A DNA stretch of 53,763 bases from Octopus sinensis. Its lineage: Eukaryota. The notes beneath the pieces are model-generated. The model was not told the origin of the DNA, searched no databases, and was given only the letters and a program-made list of their open reading frames with translations. How positions within the stretch are numbered: position 1 is the first letter of the stretch; the number at the start of each line of letters is the position of its first letter. Both the position numbers and the translations under genes were made by a program. Of the stretch, positions 12,203 through 24,159 are shown piece after piece. The stretch covers positions 1 through 53,763 of the forward strand of contig NW_021833865.1 of NCBI RefSeq assembly GCF_006345805.1, in the 5' to 3' direction.

Positions 12203-12694
12203 ATAAAATAGTGTACATTTAAACACAAGAGAAACTACCTTTCACAGGTAATTTTACACGCTAGAAGAAGCAGTCAAAACGACCAAAACCATTTAAGAGC
12301 AATTTCGAAGGGAATGAAATATGAAAAATTTTAACTTGTTATTTTTTTACGGTTATACGTAGATTTCGAATTTTTTTAGCAAATAAAATAATTTGCTAGG
12401 CGAAATTCTCATCAGTAACCGCGCCATAACATTAACATATAATTTAGAGACAAATAACGTGTCTCATCATTATGTGTTATAATTTTTCAAATTCACCGCG
12501 CAAGCGCAGTTTCAGTCGGCAGTAAATGAAAAATACTGAACTGATCTTCGAAATGCTAAAGTCATATACGTAAAATATATAGGGTGGCGAATATTTTTAG
12601 AAATTTCACTACCGGTGGCCTTGCATGTATAAAAGTCAAAGGAGAACATATTCTCAATATAAAATAGCGTACATTTAAACTCAAGAGAAACTAC
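12203..12694 (-). mobile_element. Penelope-like partial-tandem unit (456-bp period, 36-bp direct repeats)
   Basis: Direct repeats 12203-12238 and 12659-12694 (34/36 identical), internal hammerhead, microsatellites on both flanks. Confidence 0.7.
12338..12430 (-). ncRNA. Type I hammerhead ribozyme motif
   Basis: Minus strand GTTAT-ggcg-CGGTTA-CTGATGA-GAATT..TAGCAAAT-tatttt-ATTTGCTA..AATTC-GAAA-TCTACG-TA-TAACCG-taaaaaa-ATAAC; stem III imperfect. Confidence 0.8.
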
Positions 12695-12705
12695 TATATA
12701 TATAT

Positions 12706-13117
12706 AGTGGCTGTGTGGTAAGTAGCTTGCTAACCAACCACATGGTTCCGGGTTCAGTCCCACTGCGTGGCACCTTGGGCAAGTATCTTCTGCTATAGCC
12801 CCGAGCCGACCAATGCCTTGTGAGTGGATTTGGTAGACGGAAACTGAAAGAAGCCCCGTCGTATATATGTATATAGTATATATTATATAATATATATGTG
12901 TGTGTGTGTGTGTGGATGTTGTGTGTCTGTGTTTGGCCCCCCCAACATTGCTTGACAACCGATGCTGGCGTGTTTACGTCACCGTTACTAGCGGTTCGGC
13001 AAAAGAGACGATAGAATAAGTACTGGGCTTACAAAAAAATAAGTTCCGGGGTCGATTTGCTCGATTAAAGGCGGTGCTCCAGCATGGCCGCAGTCAAATG
13101 AGAAACAAGTAAAAGAG
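12706..13117 (+). mobile_element. SINE family B
   Basis: Near full-length match. Confidence 0.9.
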
Positions 13118-13490
13118 TCTATATATATATATATATATATAGATATATATATATATATATAATAAACATACATACATACTATAAATACATATATACATTA
13201 CATACATACATACATACATACATAACCTACATACATACATACATGCATACATACATATACAGAGAGAGAAAGAGAGTTATTTTGGAAGAGGATGGATATA
13301 GGAAGTGTAATGGGAAATAAGAGAATAAAAATAAAAATAAAAATATATGTAGGATGTTACAGTTGCAGATCCATTACAAGGAAAGTGGGTACTATCGAAC
13401 CGAGAGTCTAACTACGGTCCTCTCGTAGCACTTACATAGCCTTACTTGCCATCTTGGGTCTTCTGGATACCAATACCTCTCATAGATATA

Positions 13491-13714
13491 AAAATGTTAT
13501 AATTATGTGTATAATTATAATTAGGGTTCAGCAAAATTTGCTTCAACCACATACCGAAATTTAGAAATAGCAGTTAAACTACTATTCCACTACTATAAGG
13601 TATCTCCTTATAGTAGTGAATAGTAGTTCAATTGCTATTTCTAAATTTCGGTATGTGGTTGAAGCAAATTTTGCTGAACCCTAATCATAATTATACACAT
13701 AATTATAACATTTT
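13491..13714. repeat. ~110-bp-arm near-perfect palindrome
   Basis: Arms 13491-13600 and 13606-13714, loop TATCT; right arm homologous to 41490-41560. Confidence 0.95.
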
Positions 13715-13829
13715 TGTATAAGTTTACCGATAATGGCTCTTTTAACATGCCGAACTACTTGGTAAAATTATTAATTATTAATTAATTAATTAATCAATTT
13801 TACCCTTTATTATTATTGATAGTATAATC

Positions 13830-13867
<38 letters not shown>

Positions 13868-14045
13868 TATACACACACATATATATATATATATGATTAT
13901 ATCATGCCTTCACACAGCTTTCGTCTTTCAACTTCCACGTAGAGAGTACAGGTTAAGTCGAAACTGCGGTAAAAGTCACCTCATCATGGTGCCGTGTAGT
14001 GGCATTGAACAAGAAAATGCAGACTAGCGAAGCGAACCTCTAAAC

Positions 14046-14136
14046 CAGCGTTTTCCAAACTGTGGGTCCCGACCCTTCAGTGGATCGCGAGATAAATAAA
14101 ATGGGTCGCGACACAAAAAAAGTTTGAAAACCGCTG
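14046..14136. mobile_element. 91-bp hAT (Charlie-like) MITE
   Basis: TIRs CAGCGTTTTCCAAAC / GTTTGAAAACCGCTG; perfect 8-bp TSD CTCTAAAC at 14038-14045 and 14137-14144. Confidence 0.9.
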
Positions 14137-14344
14137 CTCTAAACCGTGTTTTATTTGTTTCACTAATTTGACTGGGGTCATGCTGGAGCACCGCCTTTAG
14201 TCGAATAAACCGACCCCAGGACTTATTCTTTATAAGTCTAGTGCCTATTCTATAGCACTCTTGTGCCGAAGCACTAAGTTACGAGGACGTAGACACCAAC
14301 ATCGGTTGTCAAGCGATGACGGGGTAAAAAACACAAACAAACAT

Positions 14345-14430
<86 letters not shown>

Positions 14431-14609
14431 TTTAAAATTTAATTGATATTAATCAATTAAAACCAGTGGCCCAGCATATTAAAAAAATCCGAAGATTAAA
14501 ATATTTTACATACAAAATTTAAAGGACTGACCACTAAAAGTGGACGGTCAACATGCTAGATATAGACGTCATATATTTATATGTATGCGTGTATGCATGG
14601 ATTCCCGGC

Positions 14610-16210
14610 AATCCTCCTAAAGTATGTAAGAGAGTCCTAGCAAGACCACTGCAGTTCCTCTTTCAGAGCTCCTTGCAGCTGGCAAAACTTCCAAGAAAAA
14701 CTGAAGGAAGGTAAAATATGCCCTATTCATAAAGGAGGTAGCAGAGCGGAGGCCAAGAACTACAGACCTATCTCTCTGACCTCACACATCAGCAAGGTCA
14801 TGGAACGAATAGTCAGAAGGAAACTGATCACTTCCTTGAAGAAAATGACTTGCTGCCTGACGCCCAACATGGTTTCCGACCAGGAAGAAGCTGCTTAACT
14901 CAGCTCTACAACACTATGACTGGGTGCTGAAACGACTGCTTCAACCACTCAAATGTGGAAGTGATATATCTCGACTTTGCAAAGGCCTTTGATAAAGTCG
15001 ATCATGGAATGATATGTCACAAACTGCGTGATCTTAGCATAGTTGGAAAAACAGGGAGAATGGCTTCATGACTTTCTGAAAGATAGAAGTCAGGTGGTAG
15101 TAGCCAATGGGGGCCACTTCCATTAACACGCAAATAGTGAGCGGTGTTCCGCAGGGCACTGTTTTGGGACCACTACTGTTCATAATGGCCCTCTCAGACA
15201 TGCCTCAGCCACGCAGAGAGCACGATCACCAAATTATGCAGATGATAAAAAAGTTTCACAGGCAATACAGAAGCCTGAGGACACTAACGCCTGCAATGTG
15301 AGCTGGACAAAATATACAAGTGGGCTGAAACGAATAGCATGCAGTTCAATGCTGAAAAGTTTCAAGCTTTATGCTATCAGCATGCAAACTAAATGCAATA
15401 CCGATGAGTACACTGGACCCGGAGGAATTGCAATCCCAGAGGCACAATCAGTGCGTGACCTGGGTATTTACATGAGTGATGACGCAACCTTCGTGTACAT
15501 GTTGCTAAATTGGCAATGAAATGTAGACGACTGGCCGGATGGATTCTTAGAACGTTTAGAACAAGGGAACAAGAAACCATGATGGTCCTCTGGAGGACAC
15601 TTGTCCTAAGCCACTTTGACTGTTGCTCTCAGCTATGGTCACCATCCAGTGTCAAGCTGATCACAGAACTTGAGGCGATCCAACGTAGCTACACGAAGAA
15701 GATGCCTCTGTGCAGCATATAAGCTACTGGGAAAGACTCAAGAGATTAAAACTCTATGCCTTGGAGCGTAGGCGCGAGAAAGATATGCCATAATATACAT
15801 CTGGAAGATCCTGGAAGGACTTGTCCCAAACTTTGGCATCGAGAGTTACACAAATGCCAGAACTGGGCGCCACTGCGTGGTGCCAAGGACTCCAAATTTG
15901 CCATCAAGATGTAGGCCAAGATACTGTGATTAGCCTGGGCTTCAGAGGCCCACAGCTCTTCAATATCCTCCCGAAGAACCTAAGAGACCTGCATGGGGTG
16001 GATGCAGATGTCTTTAAAATGAACTGGATCTCTTCTGTCAGGGTCCCAGATGAACCAACTTCACGGCAGGAGGTGCAGATGAGGGCAGCTGCATCGAACT
16101 CTCTCATGCACCAAATGGCAGTTGCTAAAAAGCATTCGTGAAGTAAAACCATGTAGCAACACCAAATGGCGGGGCCCCAGCATGGCCACACTGTGAGCTG
16201 AAAATAGAAT
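14610..16210 (+). mobile_element. 5'-truncated CR1/Jockey-like LINE (RT pseudogene + 3' end)
   Basis: Motifs across frameshifts: KNYRPISLTSHISKVMERIV, QHGFRPGRSCLTQL, VIYLDFAKAFDKVDHG, SGVPQGTVLGPLLF, RGPQLFNILPKNLR. Confidence 0.9.
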
Positions 16211-16239
16211 CAATCAATATATGTATATGTTCATATATG

Positions 16240-16274
<35 letters not shown>

Positions 16275-16277
16275 TAT

Positions 16278-16649
16278 ACTCTTTTACTTGTTTCAGTTAT
16301 ATGAATGTGGCCAAGCTGGAGCACCGCCTTTAGCCGAGCAAATTGACCCCAGGACTTATTCTTTGTAAGCCTAGTACTTTTGCCGAACCGCTAAGTTACG
16401 GGGACGTAAACACACCAGCATCGGTTGTCAAGCGATGTTGAAGGGACAAACACAGACTCACAAACATATACATATATATATATATATAGATATATACGAC
16501 AGGCTTCCTTTAGTTTCCATCTACCAAATGTTCTACTATAGCCCGAGGCTACGGTAGAAGACACTTTCCCAAGGTGCCATGCAGCGGGACTGAACCCGGA
16601 ACCATGTGGTTGGTAATCAAGCTACTTACCACACAGCCACTCCTGCGCC
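16278..16649 (-). mobile_element. SINE family B (internal deletion)
   Basis: Head and tail match the family. Confidence 0.85.
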
Positions 16650-16668
16650 TGCGTATACGTATATATAT

Positions 16669-16711
<43 letters not shown>

Positions 16712-16899
16712 ATTGAAATTTACAGAAAAACGAAAGACGAAGACAGGTGTACAAACAACAAGCATATATATACACACATATACATTTATATACACATATA
16801 TATATGTATGAACATATATATACATATATACATACATGGATACATACATACATGTATGTGTATGTATCTATGTTTATACATACACATAAATACATATGT

Positions 16900-17100
16900 A
16901 TATATTTCAATATGTGACCACGTGTGTATCGTTGGCGATTTTCTTTATCCGTTTTCCTCTCTTTGGACTTTTTCTGCTCCATTCGAAACGTGGAATCCTC
17001 TTTCTTTTCTTTCCTTTCCTGAGCGCTCAATAACACAATACTTGTACCACGTCCTCACGTTGTGGTTTTTTCTGGCTATTTCTTGTTTGGATTGGACTAT
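16900..17100 (+). mobile_element. Penelope-like terminal unit (family of 24160-24370), ribozyme decayed
   Basis: Shares TGTGTA.CGTTGGCGATTTT, TCGAAACGT and TTTCCTGAGCG with 24160-24370. Confidence 0.65.
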
Positions 17101-17204
17101 GTATGTATGTTTGTATGTATGTATACATATATGCATTTATATATATATATATATATACATATATATAAATGTATTTATATATATACATATATATATGTAT
17201 GTAT

Positions 17205-17340
17205 ATATAAATAATAACAAAGGGTAAAATTAATTAATTAAGAAGCAATCAATAAATTTCACCTAGTAGAATTCGGTATGAAAACAGGACCGTTACACGG
17301 TAAATTTTAGTAATACTAATAAAAAGGGTTCAGCAATTCT
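17205..17340 (-). mobile_element. Member of the family at 13720-13835 and 41490-41690
   Basis: Shared ACCGAA..CTAC..GGT.AAATT and AATTAATTAATTTTACCCTTT. Confidence 0.6.
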
Positions 17341-17441
17341 TTGTATGTATATATATGTATGTATATATATATATATATACAAAGATATGAATGTACATAC
17401 ATATACATAGAGACATATATATATATACATATATAAACGTA

Positions 17442-17479
<38 letters not shown>

Positions 17480-17859
17480 CATGTATGTGCATGTATGTCT
17501 GCATGTATGTATATACGGCGGTCCTCCACACGGTTTTCCTTTACTAAATCCACTTACAAGGCACCGGTCGACCCGGCGCTTTAGAAGATGACAATTGCCC
17601 AATGAGCCGCGCAGTGGGGCTGAACCCGGAAGGACTTGGTCGCAAACCTAGCTTCTTAACCACACAACCATGTCTGCGATTTATGTAATACATTGTAGAA
17701 ATTTTTCTTCAGAATTATTCCTAGACACATGGGTTCGATTCCAAGCAAATCTACGCTTTCAACTTATTCTTTTTCTGCGCAGTAGGCAATATATTTGCTT
17801 CCTTGTCCGAATGAGGTGAGTGTATATAAAAGATCTCATGAAATTGGATCGCTGAAATT

Positions 17860-19018
17860 TGAAACAGCAACCTTGTGCCAAGTAATTTGATAACATGCTA
17901 CATAATGCCATGGTGAGATTGATAAAAGGCAATTTAATGAGCTGCCTAATGAGCATAATTCATTAAATATACATTCCCACCCAACACACCAACGTATACA
18001 CACCCTTATACATATACAAACACACATACAAATAAACAGGCGCATATATATATACACGCATGTAGATGCACACATACGATGTTCACATGTTTGATATTTA
18101 CTTACACATACGCATACATGACAACATCTACAAAAGCACATATTAACACATACCCACACCCACACCCATATACACATGCACATGTATGTATATATATATG
18201 TATGTATATATACGCACGCATTACAATTGACTACATATACAGGATACGCAAGAAATCTTACAATCGCGTACCTATATCACGAAAGAACGGTCTAACCATA
18301 CGCTTATATACCGTCATGCACACCCACACGCGCATACATATACACACATGCACATATATATATACGTATATACACCTACACTGGTCTTTATACTTATATA
18401 AACATAATTTCGCAGTAATAATCAATTTGATTCCCTTGGGAAATTTTCAGAAAAGGAACTTCATTAAGATATTCCATCTGAAATTTCTGTTTGTAAGTTA
18501 TTATGGAAAAGTATTTAGCATATACATACATACATGCGTACATACATACATGCATACATACATACATGCGAACATACATACATACATGTATACATACATA
18601 CATAAATATATACATATATACATACATACATACATACATATACATACATATATATATATACATATATATATATTAGATATACATACATACATATATATAT
18701 ATAGATATATATATATATATATATATATATGAGATATATATATATATATACATAATATAGAGAGAGAGTCATACATACATACGTAACATAGAAACATACA
18801 TGCATTATACATACATACATAAATTTAAATATATATATATGTTACATATACATATATATATATACACACATAAATATACATATACAATATATTATATATA
18901 TATATATACATAAATATATATATATACATATATATATATACATACATAGTATAAACATATATATATATATATATACCACATATATCATACATGATATATA
19001 TAACATACATAAATATAT

Positions 19019-19062
<44 letters not shown>

Positions 19063-19080
19063 ATATATATATATATATAT
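17860..19080. repeat. Compound (CA)/(TA)/(CATA) microsatellite tract
   Basis: Directly visible; source of the 217-aa low-complexity ORF. Confidence 0.9.
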
Positions 19081-19945
19081 GTTCATTTATTTATTTATTT
19101 GCTTGTTAGTAAATATATAATATTTCTACGGCTTCCTTCAATTGAGTCAGTGTGCGTAGATTTTGTTTTAATGAATTCCAGTTCGAGGCATCATATTATA
19201 ACAACAACAACATTAATAATATCAGCAACAGTAACAAATTAATTAGAAAATATTTCCTCAATTAACTGAAGGCTGCAGCTGACTCTGTCAGCCAGGCATC
19301 AGTCTGTCCGAGGTTCGCATTCTCTGATTCTATCACCCACCAGTTCTACCCGAGATCCATGTTGTTATACACTTAACACAAAATGACAGGTAAAAAAGTT
19401 TGAAGAAGAAAAAGATTTCTTCATCATTCAGTTGGTTTGTTATGTGTATAGAAATAAGCACATTTCGGACGTTTCTTCTTCTCTGATGAGAGAAATATAA
19501 GACCGAAACATTGCGAATGATAAAATGGAGTAACAGAAAGATATCAGAAATAGATGTGGCGTGAAGGTCAAAAATGGCGTGGTTTGTTTGAGAACTGAAC
19601 AAGAAAGAAGAAAGTAGAGTAAAGACGTGTTCAAATATATTCTTCTTCCCACATTGCGCAGTTCACAAACGACTGACATCACTAGTCACATGACCCAAAT
19701 TGACCCTTTCCTTCTTGTCCCCTTACATGTTTCGGAAACATTTTTTCACCTAAGAGTTGCTGAAGCAGGGAAACAAACTGCCGGCATCAGTTGTTAGTTG
19801 TCGGAGCATTGCCATTCCGATTCGCAACACCTTATTTTCTCCCTCCATAGTATGTATCTGACTCATTACATGATCACTTTCCAGACATTTGAACATTACG
19901 ACTTTATACGCACGACAAGTTGAGCATGAGCACTGTATACAGAAC

Positions 19946-20270
19946 ATTATTATTGTGAGCGAGCATCATCGTGACACTTAATATAAAACGTTACATCTGC
20001 TATGATAATACACCAGCACATGCTCACAACCATATGTTCACCTGGTGATTTCTAAACAGCACTGACCTTGCTCCAGTTAAATTTCTTCAGCGAGTCATCC
20101 CGTCACTGAACAAGGGTGGTTAGGACGTTGAACGAAACACAGTTTCAGTTATTCCAAACATCCTTCTTACAAATGGCTATGATGCATACTTCTGCTACGT
20201 GATCAAGCACTTTCAGACTAAGACATGATGGTAAGGTCAGCACTAATAGTTGTAGCCACTGTATACCAGT
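19946..20270 (-). mobile_element. Degenerate copy of element F (see 27441-27991)
   Basis: Colinear with many short deletions (CACATGC.TCACAACCATATG, AAACAGCAC.TGACCTTGC, TGGCTATGATGC); (TTA)n nearby on both sides. Confidence 0.7.
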
Positions 20271-20709
20271 AATTACATTATTCAGTTATACTTATTATTA
20301 TATATTTATTATTATTATATATTATTTATTATTATTATTATTATTATTATTTATTTATTATTATTATTATTATCATTATTATTATTATTATTATTATTAT
20401 CATTTCTCCCATGACAGCGCCTCTATTTTTCATTTGCGATTTATTATTTATTATGTATGGTATCAGCGCTTCTATTATTTTGTCCCTCAACAATAGCGAC
20501 AGATGTCCGAACGCTTGGATTCTTCACTTCTTGTAGCAGATCACTTGAATGTAATTTCCTACAAACTGTTACAAGTTATGTCTTACCGGCGGAAGCCATT
20601 TAAAATCTTTCTAAGATTTCAGATTTTATTTCTCAAAGTCTCAGTTTAATTACCTGCAAATGATTAAAGTTTATTTGTTTTCATGATTTGCGGTTGACGA
20701 GAAACAATG

Positions 20710-21260
20710 GTGGCGAGGTGGCAGAAACGTTAGCACGCCGGGCAAAATGCTGTATGTTATTTCGTCCACCGCTGTGTTCTGAGTTCAAATTCCGCCGAGG
20801 TCGACTTTGCCTTTCATCCTTTCGGGGTCGATTGAATAAGTACCAGTTACGCACTGGAGTCGATATAATCGACTTAATCTGTTTGTCTGTCCTTATTTGT
20901 CCTCTCTGTGTTTGGCCCCTTGTGGGTAGTAAAGAAATAGGTATTTCGTCTGCCGCTACGTTCTGAGTTCAAATTCTGCCGAGATCGACTTTGCCTTTCA
21001 TCCTTTAGTGGTCGATTAAATAAGTACCAGTTACGCACTGGAGTCGATATAATCGACTTAATCCGGTTGTCTGTCCTTGTTTGTCCTCTCTGTGTTTGGC
21101 CCCTTGTGGGTAGTAAAGAAATACGTATTTCGTCTGCCGCTACGTTCTGAGTTTAAAATCCGCCGCGGTCGACTTTGCCTTTCATCCTTTCGGGGTTGAT
21201 AAATTAAGTACCAGTTGCACACTGGGGTCGATGTAATCGACTTAATCCGTTTGTCTGTCC
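20710..21260 (+). mobile_element. SINE family A trimeric array
   Basis: One head; unit restarts at 20941 and 21125 (184-bp period). Confidence 0.9.
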
Positions 21261-21574
21261 TCAACAACTGGTTCAGAAGCATCTGGTGGGGCAGATGTAT
21301 CTCATCGGGTGATAAATAAATGGAACTCGTTAAAATGACTGTTCCGCAATGTAACTTTCCGTTTTGTAGAGAGAAAAGCAGCCAGACAGAGGGAAGTTGC
21401 ATTGCAGAACTGTCATTTTAACGAGTTGCATTTATTTACCACCTGAAGAGATACATCTGCACCACCGGATGCCCCTGAACCAGATGTTGAGTGTCCCACC
21501 CAAGAGGAATCGATGCATGATGTGTCGAAACAACTGTCGTGATTAATAACAAATACACGTATATTCCATCTTCC

Positions 21575-21578
<4 letters not shown>
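21261..21578 (+). mobile_element. Penelope-like terminus with inverted partial copy (arms 21261-21360 / 21391-21490)
   Basis: ~100-bp inverted repeat with a 30-bp spacer; the right arm continues into a complete hammerhead and then (TA)n. Confidence 0.75.
21432..21549 (+). ncRNA. Type I hammerhead motif with 61-nt stem II insertion
   Basis: CAC (21440-42), CTGAAGA (21443-49), GATACATC, 61 nt, GATGTGTC (21519-26), GAAA, CAACTG, TC, GTG (21539-41). Confidence 0.8.
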
Positions 21579-21635
<57 letters not shown>

Positions 21636-21649
21636 CAAAATATATATAT

Positions 21650-22051
21650 CAAAATACGCAACAAGGATATCCAGAGGTAATGCAGTGCGATCGTTTCAAG
21701 CAACTCCATTTAATTGAACAATGCAGTCATTATATCAATTTAAATGCAGAACAATCCTAACCTGCATAAAAACATAGAATTTAATTAAATTTAAACAGAT
21801 GGACACATTAGTATAATGAAGTGAAGACAGCATGTTCTTTGTCTATCTCCTTATCTTCTTGGAGATTTTAGGTAAAATTATACTAATTTTAAATTAAAAC
21901 ATATGTTTTAATTTAATTAAATTCTATGTCTTTATGCAGGTTAGGATTGCCTGCATTTAAATTGATGCAATGATTGCATTGTTCAATTAAATGAAATTAC
22001 TTGAAACGATCGTACTGCATTACCTCTGGCTATCCTTGTGACTTATTTTGA
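21650..22051. repeat. ~147-bp inverted repeats with ~105-bp spacer; third copy at 22945-23060
   Basis: CAAGGATATCCAGAGGTAATGCAGT.CGATCGTTTCAAG versus its reverse complement at about 21990-22040. Confidence 0.9.
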
Positions 22052-22430
22052 TTTTAATCACCTTATTTTGAAATTGTATGGATAATACCGTACTAAATTC
22101 CAGTGCCTCAACTTAAGTACCATATTCATCTGAATCTATATATATATATATATATATATATATAGATATATATGTGTGTGTTGGTGTGTGTGTGTGTGTG
22201 TGTGTGTGTGTTGTGTGTGTATGGTATGTGTGTATATATATATATAAATATTTGAGTAATTGAATGAATTATCTTATTAAGGATAATTCGAAAGATAAAC
22301 GATACCTGGGTAGCAAATTCACATCAGAAAGAACACGGTTGAAGCTACGTCCATAGGGCATAGACTACGTGTCTTCGTGCGGAAATTTGTATGTTTATTT
22401 TAAAATTATAAGTATATACTTATAATTTTA

Positions 22431-22473
<43 letters not shown>

Positions 22474-22479
22474 TGTTTC

Positions 22480-22920
22480 TAATTCCAAGGTTTGTTACGA
22501 GATTTTCAGGAATGTTTCAGATCATGGTGATTGATCCAAAGAACATAAGTCTAAAGCGTTCATCTGGTACATGAAATCAAAAACCTTTGCAAAGTCCAGG
22601 CATATCACATCTACATTCGATTGTTTGTTAAGGGCTTTAGCATCTAAACATAATCATGATACAGAAGCTGCTGCGTAAGGTAACTTCTGCCCAAGTGACA
22701 ATCATGCTGGATATCACATTTAAAAGTTATTTTCCTCTGGAAACATAATTAGTTTCTGCATGAGAATTTGACTTTTTATATTGCCGATATGCAAAATGGC
22801 GATATAGCCCTGTAACACTTAGCATCTGTTATGCAACCTCCCTCAAGAATATCACATATTTAGTTTTCTTTGGTTTGGGGGAATAATACCATTTCCCAGA
22901 AAAGTAATACCATTGGTTTG
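22480..22920 (-). pseudogene. Highly decayed CR1/Jockey-like RT fragment
   Basis: Minus-strand remnants YRAIS, QHD..GRSYLTQ, NVDVICLDFAKVFD parallel the LINE at 14610. Confidence 0.6.
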
Positions 22921-24117
22921 GCAAAGGGTATTTTATATAATTGCTCTGCATTTAAATTGATGTAATGATTGCATTGTTCATTTAAATGGAGTTGCTTGAA
23001 ACGATCGTACTGCATTACCTCTATATATCCTTGCTGCTTATTTTGATTTAATCACCTTATTAGGACAACTGTTAGGAAGCCTTCTGCTGAGTTTACATTT
23101 ATTTCCTCTACAACAGTTTCTTCTTTGTCGAGGTAATTGATGGTTGCAACTGCTTCATCTAAGATAGTAATGTTGGAAAGGTATACTGACTCATCTATTT
23201 GCTCGAATACCACTGAGGTGATGAGCAGGGCCTCCTAGAGAAATTTTGCAAGGTAAAGACAAGAATGCTTTTGAGTCCTGCTCTGAGAAGCAGTGGAGAA
23301 TCCTCTCCCTGTCAGAAATTTATGAGGACACCCGTTTGGGTCACCAGGCTTAGGACCAATGTATAGACTGAACTCTACCCTCTCATATGCCCTGGGAATG
23401 AACATACTATCGAACTATGCATTGAGTATTTATTTCACCTTGTGGTTGTCTAAAACCAGTGATCCACTTCTTACAACCAATGGCCCACTTTAATGGTGCA
23501 TAGCGGTTGTTTCTTTTGCAAAACTGTAATAAACCTTTCTGAATTCATTTTATTTTTCCATATACCCTACTTTTCCTTTAATTCGCTTTCATTTTCCTGA
23601 TAAAATAATAAAGTACTTTATTTTATTTTCATTATCTTTGAATAACACATTTAACTGGTTCCGTTTCGTTTCATTTGTTTGTTTATTTAAACCATTTCAA
23701 ACATTTTTACTTCGTCTCGTGACGATTTCTCGCTCTCTGGAGAAAATAAATATAACTACCTCAATGGAATGTTTTAATCCATTTAAATTGCATTATTCAT
23801 ATAAGTTTTCAAGTTTTGGGTTGTTGTCTTCCCTGCAGAGGATCTGATATCAGTTTATCTTATATAATTCATTTTTAACCTATTTCCAATTGAAAACTTC
23901 AGCTTGGAAAGAGTTGGTATCCCTTTCGTCGAGTACCGAACTACATGTTACCTTAGGCCTATATTACGAATTCTATATTGTTGTAGAGTCACCTTTACAT
24001 TGTGATTATTTCCATACTTAGTGAAGCGAAGATCCAGTGTCCTATTGCCTGTTTCGACAACAGACCATTTGTTCAATGAACTGCATAAGGGTGAGGTTAA
24101 ATGGAAATTCTGCACAC

Positions 24118-24159
<42 letters not shown>

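Noticed and set aside
19475-19525. CTGATGAG...CCGAAA hammerhead-like motif
   Set aside because: Stem II has only 1 bp, U16.1 is displaced and stem I does not pair; at best a decayed copy.
20710-21260. Regularly spaced repeats as a CRISPR array
   Set aside because: No unique spacers; these are tandem SINE units in eukaryotic DNA.
22260-22330. Minus-strand CTGATGT..TTCGAAT
   Set aside because: A9 and A15.1 absent; better explained as a simple local hairpin.
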